From Lachnospiraceae bacterium (GTDB lineage Bacteria; Bacillota; Clostridia; Lachnospirales; Lachnospiraceae): a stretch of 64,000 nucleotides of DNA. Positions 52,052 to 61,533 of the stretch are shown in pieces (the stretch's first letter is position 1; each line of letters opens with the position of its first letter). The position numbers and the translations under genes are program-made. The stretch covers positions 2,126 through 66,125 of the forward strand of contig JAILDL010000128.1 in NCBI GenBank assembly GCA_024689465.1, read 5' to 3'. The notes beneath the pieces are model-generated. The model worked only from the letters and a program-made list of their open reading frames with translations. It was not told the DNA's origin and ran no database searches.

Positions 52052-52372
52052 ATGGATATCACCAGTTTGTTTAGTATCGGCTCGCCTGCCAGCATTCAGC
52101 CTTCTCAGGATGCAGCCGCTCTTAAGAAATTAGAGGGATCGGACTCTTTGTTTGATTCCTTCCTGAATACCGCCATCGACAATATCAATGCCACCAACAG
52201 TTATCTGTCCGATGCGGAGAATGAAGAGATCAAGTGGGCTCTGGGAGAATCCGAGAGCACCCATGATCTGACCATTGCACTGGAGAAGGCTTCCACAGCC
52301 CTTCAGTACACCGTGGCGCTCCGGGATAAGCTGGTAGAAGCTTATAAGGAGATCATGAACATCCAGATCTGA
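52052..52372 (+). CDS. fliE: Flagellar hook-basal body complex protein FliE
   Basis: 106 aa with the FliE C-terminal helix (TIALEKASTALQYTVALRDKLVEAYKEIMNIQI). Confidence 0.85.
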   Translation: MDITSLFSIGSPASIQPSQDAAALKKLEGSDSLFDSFLNTAIDNINATNSYLSDAENEEIKWALGESESTHDLTIALEKASTALQYTVALRDKLVEAYKEIMNIQI

Positions 52373-52400
52373 TCTGGAGGGATGTAAGAGGGAGTAAAAT

Positions 52401-54002
52401 ATGCCGGAACAAATTCAAAAGATATGGAACCGCATATTGGAATGGTGGAATAAATTTGACACCAAACAGAAGACCACCATCGTCAGCATTGCTGCCGTGG
52501 TCCTGATGGCCTTTGCCATCCTGATCGCTGTGACCACCAGGCCGCAGTACACGCGCCTGGCCAACTGCGAGACGGCCAAGGAATCCTCGGAGATCATCGA
52601 TCTTCTGGAAAGCGAGAACATCACCTACCGGGTAACCGATGACGGTCTGACCATCGACGTTCTGGCAGGGCAGCTCTCCCAGGCAAATCTGCTGCTGGGT
52701 GCCAATGACATTCAGGCGGCTTCCTACAGCATTGACAATGTGGTAGACGGTTCCTTCTCCACCACCGAATCCGATAAACAGAAGAAATATCAGCTGTATC
52801 TGGCAGAACATCTGCGCAATGATTTCATCAAGCGTTTTGATTCTGTCAAGGACGCTTATGTACAGTTAAACATTCCCGATAACGACGGAACGCTGATCTC
52901 CGACAACAAACAGGCTTCCGTAGCGGTCGCTTTGGAACTGGAGGGAGAATTTACTTCCGATAATGCCGCTTTTCTGGCAAGAGCCATTTCTGCGGCAGTG
53001 GGTAACGATACCACCGCCAATGTGGTCATCATGGACACCAAGGGAAATCTCCTGTATTCCGGAGAAGAAGAATATTCCATGACCGGCAATGCTTCTTCTC
53101 AGCTGTCCGTGCGCAAGCAGGCACAGGAACAGGTGGCCGGGGAGGTAAAGCGGGTCCTGCTGGGAACCAACGGTTTTGACAGCATTGAAGTGGCCAGCAA
53201 CCTGGACATTGATTTTTCCGTGACCAGCGCAACGGACCATCGTTATACGCCGGCAGACGGTCAGAGTCAGGGCCTGTATGCGGAATCGGATGAGTATTCC
53301 TCCGAGTCCAATGCCAGCTCCGGCGGTGTTCCCGGAACCGACAGCAACAACGAGACAACCTATGTGATCGACGATAACGGTGCAGAATCTTCTACCGTTA
53401 CGGAGAATAAATATACCTACGTTCCCAATGAGTATATCGAGAAGAAGGATACTCCCGCAGGCAAGATCAACTACGGAAATTCCTCCATTGCCGTGACAGC
53501 AGTGAACTACGTCATCGTCAAGGAAGAAGAAGTAGAAGACCAGGGCCTTCTGGACGGCATCACCTGGGAACAGTATAAGAGTGCCAATTCCGAGCCGGTG
53601 AAGGTGGATGTGGACGAGGATCTGGTCAACACCATCGCCATGGCGACCGGCATTAATGCAGCCAGCATTTCTCTGGTGGCTTACGATCAGAACTGGTTTG
53701 TGGACAAGGAAGGTCTGGGCATTACCGCCACCGACATCATCCAGATCATCCTGATCGTTGTGATCCTGGCACTGCTTGCCTTTGTTGTGCTGCGGAGCAT
53801 GGCAGGGGAGAAGTCAAACGAGCCGGAAGAAGAGGAGCTCTCGGTGGAGACTCTGTTACAGTCCACTCCCGAACCGGAGCTGGAAGATATTGAAGTAGAA
53901 CATAAGTCTGAGACCAGAAAGGCAATTGAGAAGTTTGTGGAGGAGAATCCCGAAGCAGCTGCCAATCTGTTGCGCAACTGGTTGAATGAGGACTGGGGGT
54001 AA
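52401..54002 (+). CDS. fliF: Flagellar M-ring protein FliF
   Basis: 533 aa. N-terminal TM, YscJ/FliF domain, C-terminal TM plus FliG-binding tail. Confidence 0.9.
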   Translation: MPEQIQKIWNRILEWWNKFDTKQKTTIVSIAAVVLMAFAILIAVTTRPQYTRLANCETAKESSEIIDLLESENITYRVTDDGLTIDVLAGQLSQANLLLGANDIQAASYSIDNVVDGSFSTTESDKQKKYQLYLAEHLRNDFIKRFDSVKDAYVQLNIPDNDGTLISDNKQASVAVALELEGEFTSDNAAFLARAISAAVGNDTTANVVIMDTKGNLLYSGEEEYSMTGNASSQLSVRKQAQEQVAGEVKRVLLGTNGFDSIEVASNLDIDFSVTSATDHRYTPADGQSQGLYAESDEYSSESNASSGGVPGTDSNNETTYVIDDNGAESSTVTENKYTYVPNEYIEKKDTPAGKINYGNSSIAVTAVNYVIVKEEEVEDQGLLDGITWEQYKSANSEPVKVDVDEDLVNTIAMATGINAASISLVAYDQNWFVDKEGLGITATDIIQIILIVVILALLAFVVLRSMAGEKSNEPEEEELSVETLLQSTPEPELEDIEVEHKSETRKAIEKFVEENPEAAANLLRNWLNEDWG

Positions 54003-54008
54003 ATAAAA

Positions 54009-55028
54009 GTGGCGTTTGGTTCATCCTCAGGTGAGATGGGTGGTCTGCAGAAGGCAGCGATCCTCCTGATCGCATTGGGACCGGAGATGTCTTCCGAGAT
54101 CTTCAAACACCTGAAAGAAGAAGAAATTGAAGAGCTTACGCTGGAGATTGCCAATACCCGTAGTGTAACCCCGCAGCTGAAGGAGTCCGTTCTGGCGGAA
54201 TTCTATGACATCTGTCTGGCACAGCAGTATATCGCAGAAGGCGGTATCGGTTATGCCAAGGAACTGCTGGAGCAGGCACTGGGCAAGGAAAAGGCGATCG
54301 ACGTGATCGGCAAGCTGACGGCTTCCCTGCAGGTAAAGCCGTTCGAATTCGTGCGCAAGACCGATGCTTCCCAGCTGCTGAACTTTATTCAGGACGAGCA
54401 TCCTCAGACCATCGCTCTGATCCTGTCTTACTTATCGCCCAACCAGTCTGCCCTGATCATCTCGGCGCTGCCGCCGGACAGGCAGGCAGATGTTGCAAAG
54501 CGTATTGCAGTCATGGACCGGACCAGCCCGGACGTGATCAAGGAGGTGGAGAAGGTTCTGGAATCCAAGCTCTCTTCCCTTGTCAATCAGGATTACACCA
54601 TCATTGGCGGCGTAGACGCTGTGGTGGATATTTTAAATACCGTAGACCGTGGTACCGAGAAACACATCATGGAGACATTGGAGATCGAAGAGCCCGAGCT
54701 GGCCGACGAGATCCGCAAGAAGATGTTCGTCTTCGAAGATGTGCTGCTTTTGGACGACCGTGCGATCCAGCGTGTGCTGCGTGATGTGGAAAATTCCGAC
54801 CTGGCTCTGGCACTTAAGGGTGCCGATGAGAAGGTTCAGAATGCGATCTTTAAGAATCTGTCCAGCCGTCTGGCTTCCATGATCCGTGAGGATATGGAAT
54901 TTATGGGGCCTGTCCGTATGAAGGATGTTGAGGAAGCACAGCAGAAGATCGTTAACATTATCCGTAAGCTGGAAGATTCTGCAGAGCTCGTTATTTCCAG
55001 AGGTGGAGGTGACGAGATCATTGTCTAA
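54009..55028 (+). CDS. fliG: Flagellar motor switch protein FliG
   Basis: LQKAAILLIALGPEMSSEIFKHL...; MFVFEDV torque helix region. GTG start. Confidence 0.9.
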   Translation: MAFGSSSGEMGGLQKAAILLIALGPEMSSEIFKHLKEEEIEELTLEIANTRSVTPQLKESVLAEFYDICLAQQYIAEGGIGYAKELLEQALGKEKAIDVIGKLTASLQVKPFEFVRKTDASQLLNFIQDEHPQTIALILSYLSPNQSALIISALPPDRQADVAKRIAVMDRTSPDVIKEVEKVLESKLSSLVNQDYTIIGGVDAVVDILNTVDRGTEKHIMETLEIEEPELADEIRKKMFVFEDVLLLDDRAIQRVLRDVENSDLALALKGADEKVQNAIFKNLSSRLASMIREDMEFMGPVRMKDVEEAQQKIVNIIRKLEDSAELVISRGGGDEIIV

Positions 55029-55953
55029 TCGTCTGAAAGTATTCCACGTCCAGGTGGATGATACCGAAAAAAGAGTGATTGATGCCAATCAGCTCTTCAC
55101 AGAGAAAATCGAACAGGAAGAGGCCAGAATGCAGAATGAAGCAGATGGCCTCTTTGACGATACCGAAGAATATCTGGGACCGGAGGAGATCGACCCTGCG
55201 CTCCTGGATATGGATGCCAGCGTGGGCGATCTGGAAATGGAGGGCATGCCCGAGGGACAGGAGGGCGAAGAGTTTCAGCCGGAGATCCCGGCAAGGAGAG
55301 TGCAAAACGTAACCGCACAGGCCGCAAAGCAGGCGGAGGAGATCCTCCGGCAGGCCCAGGAGGAAGCGGATGCACTGCTTGCTTCCGCCCGGGAAGAGAT
55401 CGAAACGCTGAAAGCACAGACCATGGAACAGGCCAGAAGCGAAGGCTATGAAAGTGGTATGCAGGAAGGCCTTCGCACCGGTATGGCAGATGCTGAGGCG
55501 CAGCTTGCAGAAAAAACCGAAGCCTTAGAGCAGGAATACCGGGAAAAGAACCGAAGCCTGGAAGAGCAATACGATGAGCTGATCAAGGAGATCGAGCCGG
55601 AGTTTGTGGACAAGATCACGTCCATTTATGAGCATATCTTCCGGGTGGATCTGTCCTCCCATAAGGACATCGTGGTCCATCTCATCCGCATGACGTTGCA
55701 TGGCATCGAACCCAGCCGCCATTATATCGTGCGGGTTTCCAAAGAAGATTATGCCTTTGTGAACATGCAGAAGAAGCAGATCGCAGAAGGCATGTCCAAT
55801 TCCACGGTGGAGATCGTGGAGGACGTTACCTTACGTAAAAGCGAGTGCATGATCGATACCGACGGCGGTATCTTTGATTGCAGTCTGGATACGGAGCTGC
55901 AGGAGCTGACCAAGCGGCTGAAGGCTCTGTCCTATTCCGAGACGGGGGAATAA
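55021..55953 (+). CDS. fliH: Flagellar assembly protein FliH
   Basis: TTG start overlapping the fliG stop, with a GGAGGTG RBS. Glu/Ala-rich coiled coil and FliH C-terminal domain. Confidence 0.7.
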   Translation: MSNRLKVFHVQVDDTEKRVIDANQLFTEKIEQEEARMQNEADGLFDDTEEYLGPEEIDPALLDMDASVGDLEMEGMPEGQEGEEFQPEIPARRVQNVTAQAAKQAEEILRQAQEEADALLASAREEIETLKAQTMEQARSEGYESGMQEGLRTGMADAEAQLAEKTEALEQEYREKNRSLEEQYDELIKEIEPEFVDKITSIYEHIFRVDLSSHKDIVVHLIRMTLHGIEPSRHYIVRVSKEDYAFVNMQKKQIAEGMSNSTVEIVEDVTLRKSECMIDTDGGIFDCSLDTELQELTKRLKALSYSETGE

Positions 55954-55965
55954 ACAGGCAGATTT

Positions 55966-57303
55966 ATGGAAACAGCATTTGCCATTAACTACAACAAGTA
56001 TATACGGATAGCCGATAAGCCTCTTTGCAAGAAGCTGGGCAAGGTGGTAAATGTGGTGGGACTGACCATTGAGTCGGCAGGCCCCGACGCCAAGCTGGGA
56101 GACGTGTGCATGATCTACCCCAACCTGGACGAGGGACGGCCCATCATGGCAGAAGTGGTCGGTTTTAAGGAAGGTAAGACCCAGCTCATGCCTTACGAAG
56201 AGGTAACCGGGATCGGTCTGGGCAGTAAGGTGGAAAACACCGGTGCGCCCCTGGCCATTCATGTAGGGGATTTCCTTCTGGGACATACTCTGGATGGTTT
56301 GGGAGTTCCCACAGACGGTACAGAGATCCCTTTGGGCTGTGAAGTCTATTCTGCCGATGCCACCCCTCCGGATCCCATGAGCCGAAAGATCATCGATGAA
56401 GTGCTGCCGCTGGGCGTCAAAGCCGTAGACGGTCTTCTGACCGTCGGTAAGGGACAGCGTATCGGCATCTTTGCCGGTTCCGGCGTAGGAAAGTCCACCC
56501 TGATGGGTATGTTTGCCCGCAATACCAAAGCGGATATCAACGTGATCGCCCTGATCGGCGAGCGTGGCCGTGAAGTGCGGGAATTTATAGAGCGGGATCT
56601 GGGACCGGAAGGTATGGCCCGCAGCGTGGTCATTGTGGCCACCAGTGATAAACCGGCCCTGGAACGAAAGCAGGCTGCCAAAACCGCCACAGCGGTTGCG
56701 GAATATTTCCGGGATCAGGGAAGAGATGTCCTTCTCATGATGGACTCTCTGACCCGTTTTTCCATGGCACAGCGTGAGATCGGCCTTGCCAGCGGAGAGC
56801 CGCCTGTTTCCAGAGGGTATCCCCCCAGCGTCTATTCGGAGATGCCAAAGCTTTTGGAGAGAGCGGGACGAAGTGCCACCGGCTCCATTACCGGCCTGTA
56901 TACGGTGCTGGTAGACGGCGATGATTTTAACGAACCCATTACCGATACGGCACGAAGCATTCTGGACGGTCATATCATGCTGAGCCGGAAACTGGTGCAC
57001 AAGAACCATTACCCCGCCATTGACGTATTGCAGAGCATCTCCAGATGTATGGGTGCCATTACCGATACGAAACACAAGGTGGCCGCCGGCAAGCTTAAGA
57101 ATGTCATGGCGACCTATAACGACGCCGAAGATCTGATCAACATCGGCGCCTATAAGAGCGGCAGCAATCCGGACATCGATTATGCCATTGCCAAGATCGG
57201 TGACGTAAAGAACTTCCTGTTACAGGATGTAAATTCCAAGTACTCCTATGAGGACATCTTAAATCAGCTGCTTTCCATGTTCGAAGAACCTGCCGGGGAG
57301 TGA
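55966..57303 (+). CDS. fliI: Flagellum-specific ATP synthase FliI
   Basis: Walker A GSGVGKST, Walker B VLLMMDSLTRFSMAQRE. Confidence 0.95.
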   Translation: METAFAINYNKYIRIADKPLCKKLGKVVNVVGLTIESAGPDAKLGDVCMIYPNLDEGRPIMAEVVGFKEGKTQLMPYEEVTGIGLGSKVENTGAPLAIHVGDFLLGHTLDGLGVPTDGTEIPLGCEVYSADATPPDPMSRKIIDEVLPLGVKAVDGLLTVGKGQRIGIFAGSGVGKSTLMGMFARNTKADINVIALIGERGREVREFIERDLGPEGMARSVVIVATSDKPALERKQAAKTATAVAEYFRDQGRDVLLMMDSLTRFSMAQREIGLASGEPPVSRGYPPSVYSEMPKLLERAGRSATGSITGLYTVLVDGDDFNEPITDTARSILDGHIMLSRKLVHKNHYPAIDVLQSISRCMGAITDTKHKVAAGKLKNVMATYNDAEDLINIGAYKSGSNPDIDYAIAKIGDVKNFLLQDVNSKYSYEDILNQLLSMFEEPAGE

Positions 57304-57306
57304 TAA

Positions 57307-57762
57307 ATGGCTAGATTTGTTTATCGGATGCAGGGCATCCTGGATCTGAAATACAAAATGGAAAACCAGGCAAAAAATGCCTTTGGCGCTGCCAATGCGG
57401 CCCTTCTTACGGAGATGGAAAAGCTGGAAGCGCTGAATGGGCGTCTTGCGGCCTATGAGGAAGAAGGCAGAGGCCTTCGGGAGGATGTACTGCATCCGGT
57501 GGAGCTTAAGGAAAATCAGGAAGCTATCCGGATCATGCAGGATCTCATTGCTGCCCAGCAGGTAGAGATCCAGAAGGCCAGGGAAAAGGCGGAGCTGTGC
57601 AGAGCAGCCCTTCAGGAAGCCATGATCGAGCGAAAGATCCAGGAAAAGCTGAAGGAAAATGCTTTTGAGGTCTTTAAGCAGGAAGAAAACAAGAAAGAAA
57701 GCAAGGAGATCGATGAACTGACCAGTTACACCTACGGTCAGAAGGCGGTATCCAACCGTTAA
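57307..57762 (+). CDS. fliJ: Flagellar export chaperone FliJ
   Basis: 151-aa coiled-coil protein in the canonical position after fliI. Confidence 0.75.
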   Translation: MARFVYRMQGILDLKYKMENQAKNAFGAANAALLTEMEKLEALNGRLAAYEEEGRGLREDVLHPVELKENQEAIRIMQDLIAAQQVEIQKAREKAELCRAALQEAMIERKIQEKLKENAFEVFKQEENKKESKEIDELTSYTYGQKAVSNR

Positions 57763-57792
57763 AACCGGTCCCTTGTTTGAAAGGAATATCCT

Positions 57793-58674
57793 ATGGCAGG
57801 AGAAAACCAGACAGAAAGAACTCCGGAAGAGCGTAAGGCCGAGAAGCAGCGACTCAAACAGGAGAAACTGGACCTTAAGAAAAAACAGAAAGAACAGCAG
57901 AAAGAGGCTAAAAAGCGGGCAAAGGAGATCGCAGCCCAGGAAGACAACCTGGTAGATGAGGAAGAGAAAGCAGGTCTCTCGGTGGCGGTGGTCACGGTGA
58001 TCATCATTGTGATCTGGCTGGCGATCCTGGCGCTTATGATCAAGCTGGATGTGGGAAACTTCGGTTCCTCCGTGCTGGCTCCCATCTTAAAGGATGTGCC
58101 CGGTTTAAATCTCATCCTGCCGGATTCTGCTGTAACGGAAACCGGTGACGGAACTGCTTACGGCGGCTATTCTTCCCTGAAGGAAGCGGTTGCCCAGATC
58201 GAAAGTCTGGAGAAGCAGCTGGCAACCGCCCAGGCCAAGATCCAGGGCGATGAGACCACCATTTCCGATCTGCAGGCGGAGGTAGACCGTCTTCGGACCT
58301 TTGAAAGCATGCAGACAGAGTTTGAACGGATCAAGACCGAGTTCTACACGGAAGTGGTCTATGCAGAGAACGGACCGGGGGCAGAGGCTTATCAGAAATA
58401 CTACGAAGCCATGGACCCCACCACCGCCCAGTATCTGTACAAGCAGGTGGTGATCGAAGAAGCGGCGGACCAGGAACTGCAAAACTATGCGGCGGCCTAT
58501 GCGGATATGAAACCCAAGGCAGCAGCAGCCATTTTTGAAGATATGACGGACAATCTGGATCTGGTAGCAAAGATCCTGGGGATCATGAGTAGCGATGACC
58601 GGGGCGAGATCCTGGGAGTCATGGACCCTGTTGTGGCAGCAAGACTGACCAAGATCATGGATCCGGATTCATAA
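57793..58674 (+). CDS. ylxF: MotE/YlxF-like flagellar protein (MgtE-N-like C-terminal domain) with Lys/Glu-rich N-terminus and TM helix
   Basis: Gene-order position of B. subtilis ylxF. C-terminus AAIFEDMTDNLDLVAKILGIMSSDDRGEILGVMDPVVAARLTKIM resembles the MgtE_N / FliG-like fold. Confidence 0.55.
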   Translation: MAGENQTERTPEERKAEKQRLKQEKLDLKKKQKEQQKEAKKRAKEIAAQEDNLVDEEEKAGLSVAVVTVIIIVIWLAILALMIKLDVGNFGSSVLAPILKDVPGLNLILPDSAVTETGDGTAYGGYSSLKEAVAQIESLEKQLATAQAKIQGDETTISDLQAEVDRLRTFESMQTEFERIKTEFYTEVVYAENGPGAEAYQKYYEAMDPTTAQYLYKQVVIEEAADQELQNYAAAYADMKPKAAAAIFEDMTDNLDLVAKILGIMSSDDRGEILGVMDPVVAARLTKIMDPDS

Positions 58675-58826
58675 CAACTGTTTTTTATTAAAGATTTTTA
58701 TTTTTTGACGCCCTCTGCTATAAGGAAATAGCAGGGGGCGTCCGATAAATAAAATGAGGGTCACAGGAGAGGACCATGCCTGTAGACCTGCACCTTGACA
58801 ATTGAAGAAAGGAGGAAATTACAGGT

Positions 58827-60332
58827 ATGACAAGTACACCTGTAACAGGTGCGGCAGCCTTTATCGCTCCCGCATCAAACACAAATGCTCAGGGCAATTT
58901 GCCCGGCAAAGGCGAAGCCGGGGCAGCCAAGGGGTTATCCTTTTCCGACACCATGATGCAGCAGACCAACCTCAGTGCACTGTCAACGGCAGCAACCCGC
59001 TCGAACGCTCCGATCTCGGATCCTACGGCAAAGACCGCAGAGGTAAAACCGCAAAATACCGAGAAGCCTGTGAAAAATGGTGAGGAGGAGAAAAAAGCTC
59101 CTCAGGACGTAGCCAAAGCAGACAAGACCCAGCAGACGGATGAAACCGGTAAAACGAAGGATCCGAAAACGGAAACTGCAGAAGAAACGGCAGATACCGA
59201 AGAAACCCTGCAGATTCCCGAGGAAGAGATCAGCGAGGAAGCGGTAGCGGAAGTTCTGGAAGCCATCACAACTTCCCTGATCACCGACATCGCACAGGTC
59301 TTAAACGTATCCGAAGAAGAAGTAACCCAGGCGATCTCCGATCTGGAGATGACCGGTGCAGACCTTCTGACACAGGAAGGGATCACCAAACTGGCGCTTG
59401 TGCTTACCGGAAACACAGAACCTTCCGCAATGCTTACCAACGAGGAGCTCTACGGACAGGTACAGCAGCTGATCGGCGATGCAGTAGAGATCACCGAAGA
59501 AGCAGTGCAGGAAACCCCCTTCACAGAAAAAGACATCCTGGCATATGCAGCACAGATCCGTGAAGAAGCACTTCCGAAGGAAGAGATGGTTCCCGAAACG
59601 GATGAGGATCCGGTTCGTCCCGAGATCACCGTAGAGACCAGGAAGCCGCAGATCATTCTTAACGACAGCAGGCAGACAAAGGTTCAGGTAAAACTGGAAA
59701 CCGGAGATGCTCCGCAGGTCACCGTAGTAACCGGAAAAGACAACACAGCAAAGGATAATGCAGCAAGCGGCGAAAACGGCGGAATGTTCTTTGGACAGAG
59801 CGAACAGACTGTGACGGTGCAGACAGAAGCGGTTGCAGAAGCCCCCGTTCCCACATACGTTCCCACGACGGAAGAGATCATGAACCAGGTAATGGATTAC
59901 ATGAGGATCAACCTGACACCGGACGTAAACGAACTGAGCATGCAGCTTAACCCCGAAAGTCTTGGAACCATTCACGTACAGATCGTGGAAAAGAACGGTA
60001 CGATCTCCGCACAGTTCCACACCACGAACGAAGCCGTGAAACAGGCACTGGAAACCCAGATGGTGGTTTTAAAACAGGACTTCGAAGAACAGGGCATTAA
60101 AGTAGATGCCATACAGGTAACGGTAAACGACAGTGATTTTGAACGAGACCTGCAACAGGGCTTCGGTCAGAACAACCAACAGGCCGGCCGCGACGAACAG
60201 AATGCTCCCAGACGGGTCCGCAGGATCCAGCTTGGAGAAGATGGTTTATTTGCAGAGGATCTGGACGAAGAAGACCGGATTCAGGCAGAGATGATGGCGG
60301 CAAACGGCAATTCCGTAGATTTTCAGGCATGA
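58827..60332 (+). CDS. fliK: Flagellar hook-length control protein FliK
   Basis: Thr/Glu/Pro-rich central region. Conserved C-terminal Flg_hook domain (LNPESLGTIHVQIVEKNGTISAQFHTTNEAVKQALE). Confidence 0.8.
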   Translation: MTSTPVTGAAAFIAPASNTNAQGNLPGKGEAGAAKGLSFSDTMMQQTNLSALSTAATRSNAPISDPTAKTAEVKPQNTEKPVKNGEEEKKAPQDVAKADKTQQTDETGKTKDPKTETAEETADTEETLQIPEEEISEEAVAEVLEAITTSLITDIAQVLNVSEEEVTQAISDLEMTGADLLTQEGITKLALVLTGNTEPSAMLTNEELYGQVQQLIGDAVEITEEAVQETPFTEKDILAYAAQIREEALPKEEMVPETDEDPVRPEITVETRKPQIILNDSRQTKVQVKLETGDAPQVTVVTGKDNTAKDNAASGENGGMFFGQSEQTVTVQTEAVAEAPVPTYVPTTEEIMNQVMDYMRINLTPDVNELSMQLNPESLGTIHVQIVEKNGTISAQFHTTNEAVKQALETQMVVLKQDFEEQGIKVDAIQVTVNDSDFERDLQQGFGQNNQQAGRDEQNAPRRVRRIQLGEDGLFAEDLDEEDRIQAEMMAANGNSVDFQA

Positions 60333-60353
60333 TCACGGAGGAAAGGACAAAAC

Positions 60354-61010
60354 ATGAGTTTAATCGCAGGCGTTGTTGACGGACAGATCCAGCAGGCAGA
60401 AAGTGCCACATCCGCTAACAGCAAGGAAAAAACAACCGGCTCATCCTCCATGGACAAGGAAGCATTCCTGCAGATCCTGGTTGCTCAGATGAAATATCAG
60501 GACCCGTTGGAACCTACCAGCAACAGTGAATACATTTCACAGTACGCGACCTTCTCCGAACTGGAGCAGATGCAGAACGTAAGTCAGTCGGTCAACATGA
60601 CAAGAGCTTCTTCCCTCATCGGACAGACCGTTGTAATGCAGTCTACCGATTCCGGCGGCAATGTACGTTACGTACAGGGAACCGTTGATTATGTACAGTT
60701 CGAAGGCAGCAGCGCCAAGCTTTGCATCGGCGGCAGCTACTACGACATCGACGATCTCTATTCCGTACTGGACGGACAGTACATCAGCGCTTCTTCCAAA
60801 TATGCATCCTGGACCGAGGATATGGCAAAGCTTCCCGACGTTGAAGCAGTTACGGCAGCCGATCTGGAAAAGGTACAGGCAGTGGTGGATACCTACAACA
60901 ACATGAGCGAATACGAAGTATCCTTCGTAACCGCAAGTGACAAGGCACTGGTGGAAAGCTACTACGCGCAGCTGGAGAAGTTAAAGGAAGCACAGACTGA
61001 GGGAGAATAA
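60354..61010 (+). CDS. flgD: Flagellar hook assembly/capping protein FlgD
   Basis: MDKEAFLQILVAQMKYQDPLEP: FlgD N-terminal signature. Confidence 0.85.
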   Translation: MSLIAGVVDGQIQQAESATSANSKEKTTGSSSMDKEAFLQILVAQMKYQDPLEPTSNSEYISQYATFSELEQMQNVSQSVNMTRASSLIGQTVVMQSTDSGGNVRYVQGTVDYVQFEGSSAKLCIGGSYYDIDDLYSVLDGQYISASSKYASWTEDMAKLPDVEAVTAADLEKVQAVVDTYNNMSEYEVSFVTASDKALVESYYAQLEKLKEAQTEGE

Positions 61011-61034
61011 GCCCACAGCAAAATGGAGGGAACC

Positions 61035-61442
61035 ATGAACAAGATCGAATCACAATTCTCTTCCATCGAACAGTTACGGGACCAGTTCTTAAACGGGCAG
61101 AGCACAGTAAAGAATGCACCAAAACAGGACGGTCTATCCTTCCGGGAAATCCTGAACCGGAAAAATCAGGAGCAGCTACTGGAAAGCAGCAGCCTGAAAT
61201 TTTCCAAACATGCAGCAGGACGGCTGCAGGAACGGAGCATCGAACTGACAGAAGGTCAGATCTCCCGTTTACAGGAAGCAGCCCAAAAGGCAGGTGCGAA
61301 GGGAATTCAAGAATCACTGGTATTAGTCGACCAGCTGGCCTTCATTGTGAACGTACCCAACAATACCGTGGTAACCGCAATGGATCAGACAGAAACAGAC
61401 ACCAACATTTTCACCAACATTGACGGAGCCGTGATCATTTAA
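61035..61442 (+). CDS. Flagellar operon protein (TIGR02530-like), between flgD and flgE
   Basis: Position and size. FSKHAAGRLQERSI motif. The ATG at 61035 has a GGAGGG RBS. Confidence 0.55.
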   Translation: MNKIESQFSSIEQLRDQFLNGQSTVKNAPKQDGLSFREILNRKNQEQLLESSSLKFSKHAAGRLQERSIELTEGQISRLQEAAQKAGAKGIQESLVLVDQLAFIVNVPNNTVVTAMDQTETDTNIFTNIDGAVII

Positions 61443-61533
61443 TCGGACCTTATGGAGATTAGGCACATTCGACTGACAGAGAATGTGCACACGGCCCGCA
61501 AGGGATTCATAACCATTTAGGAGGTCACTCACT

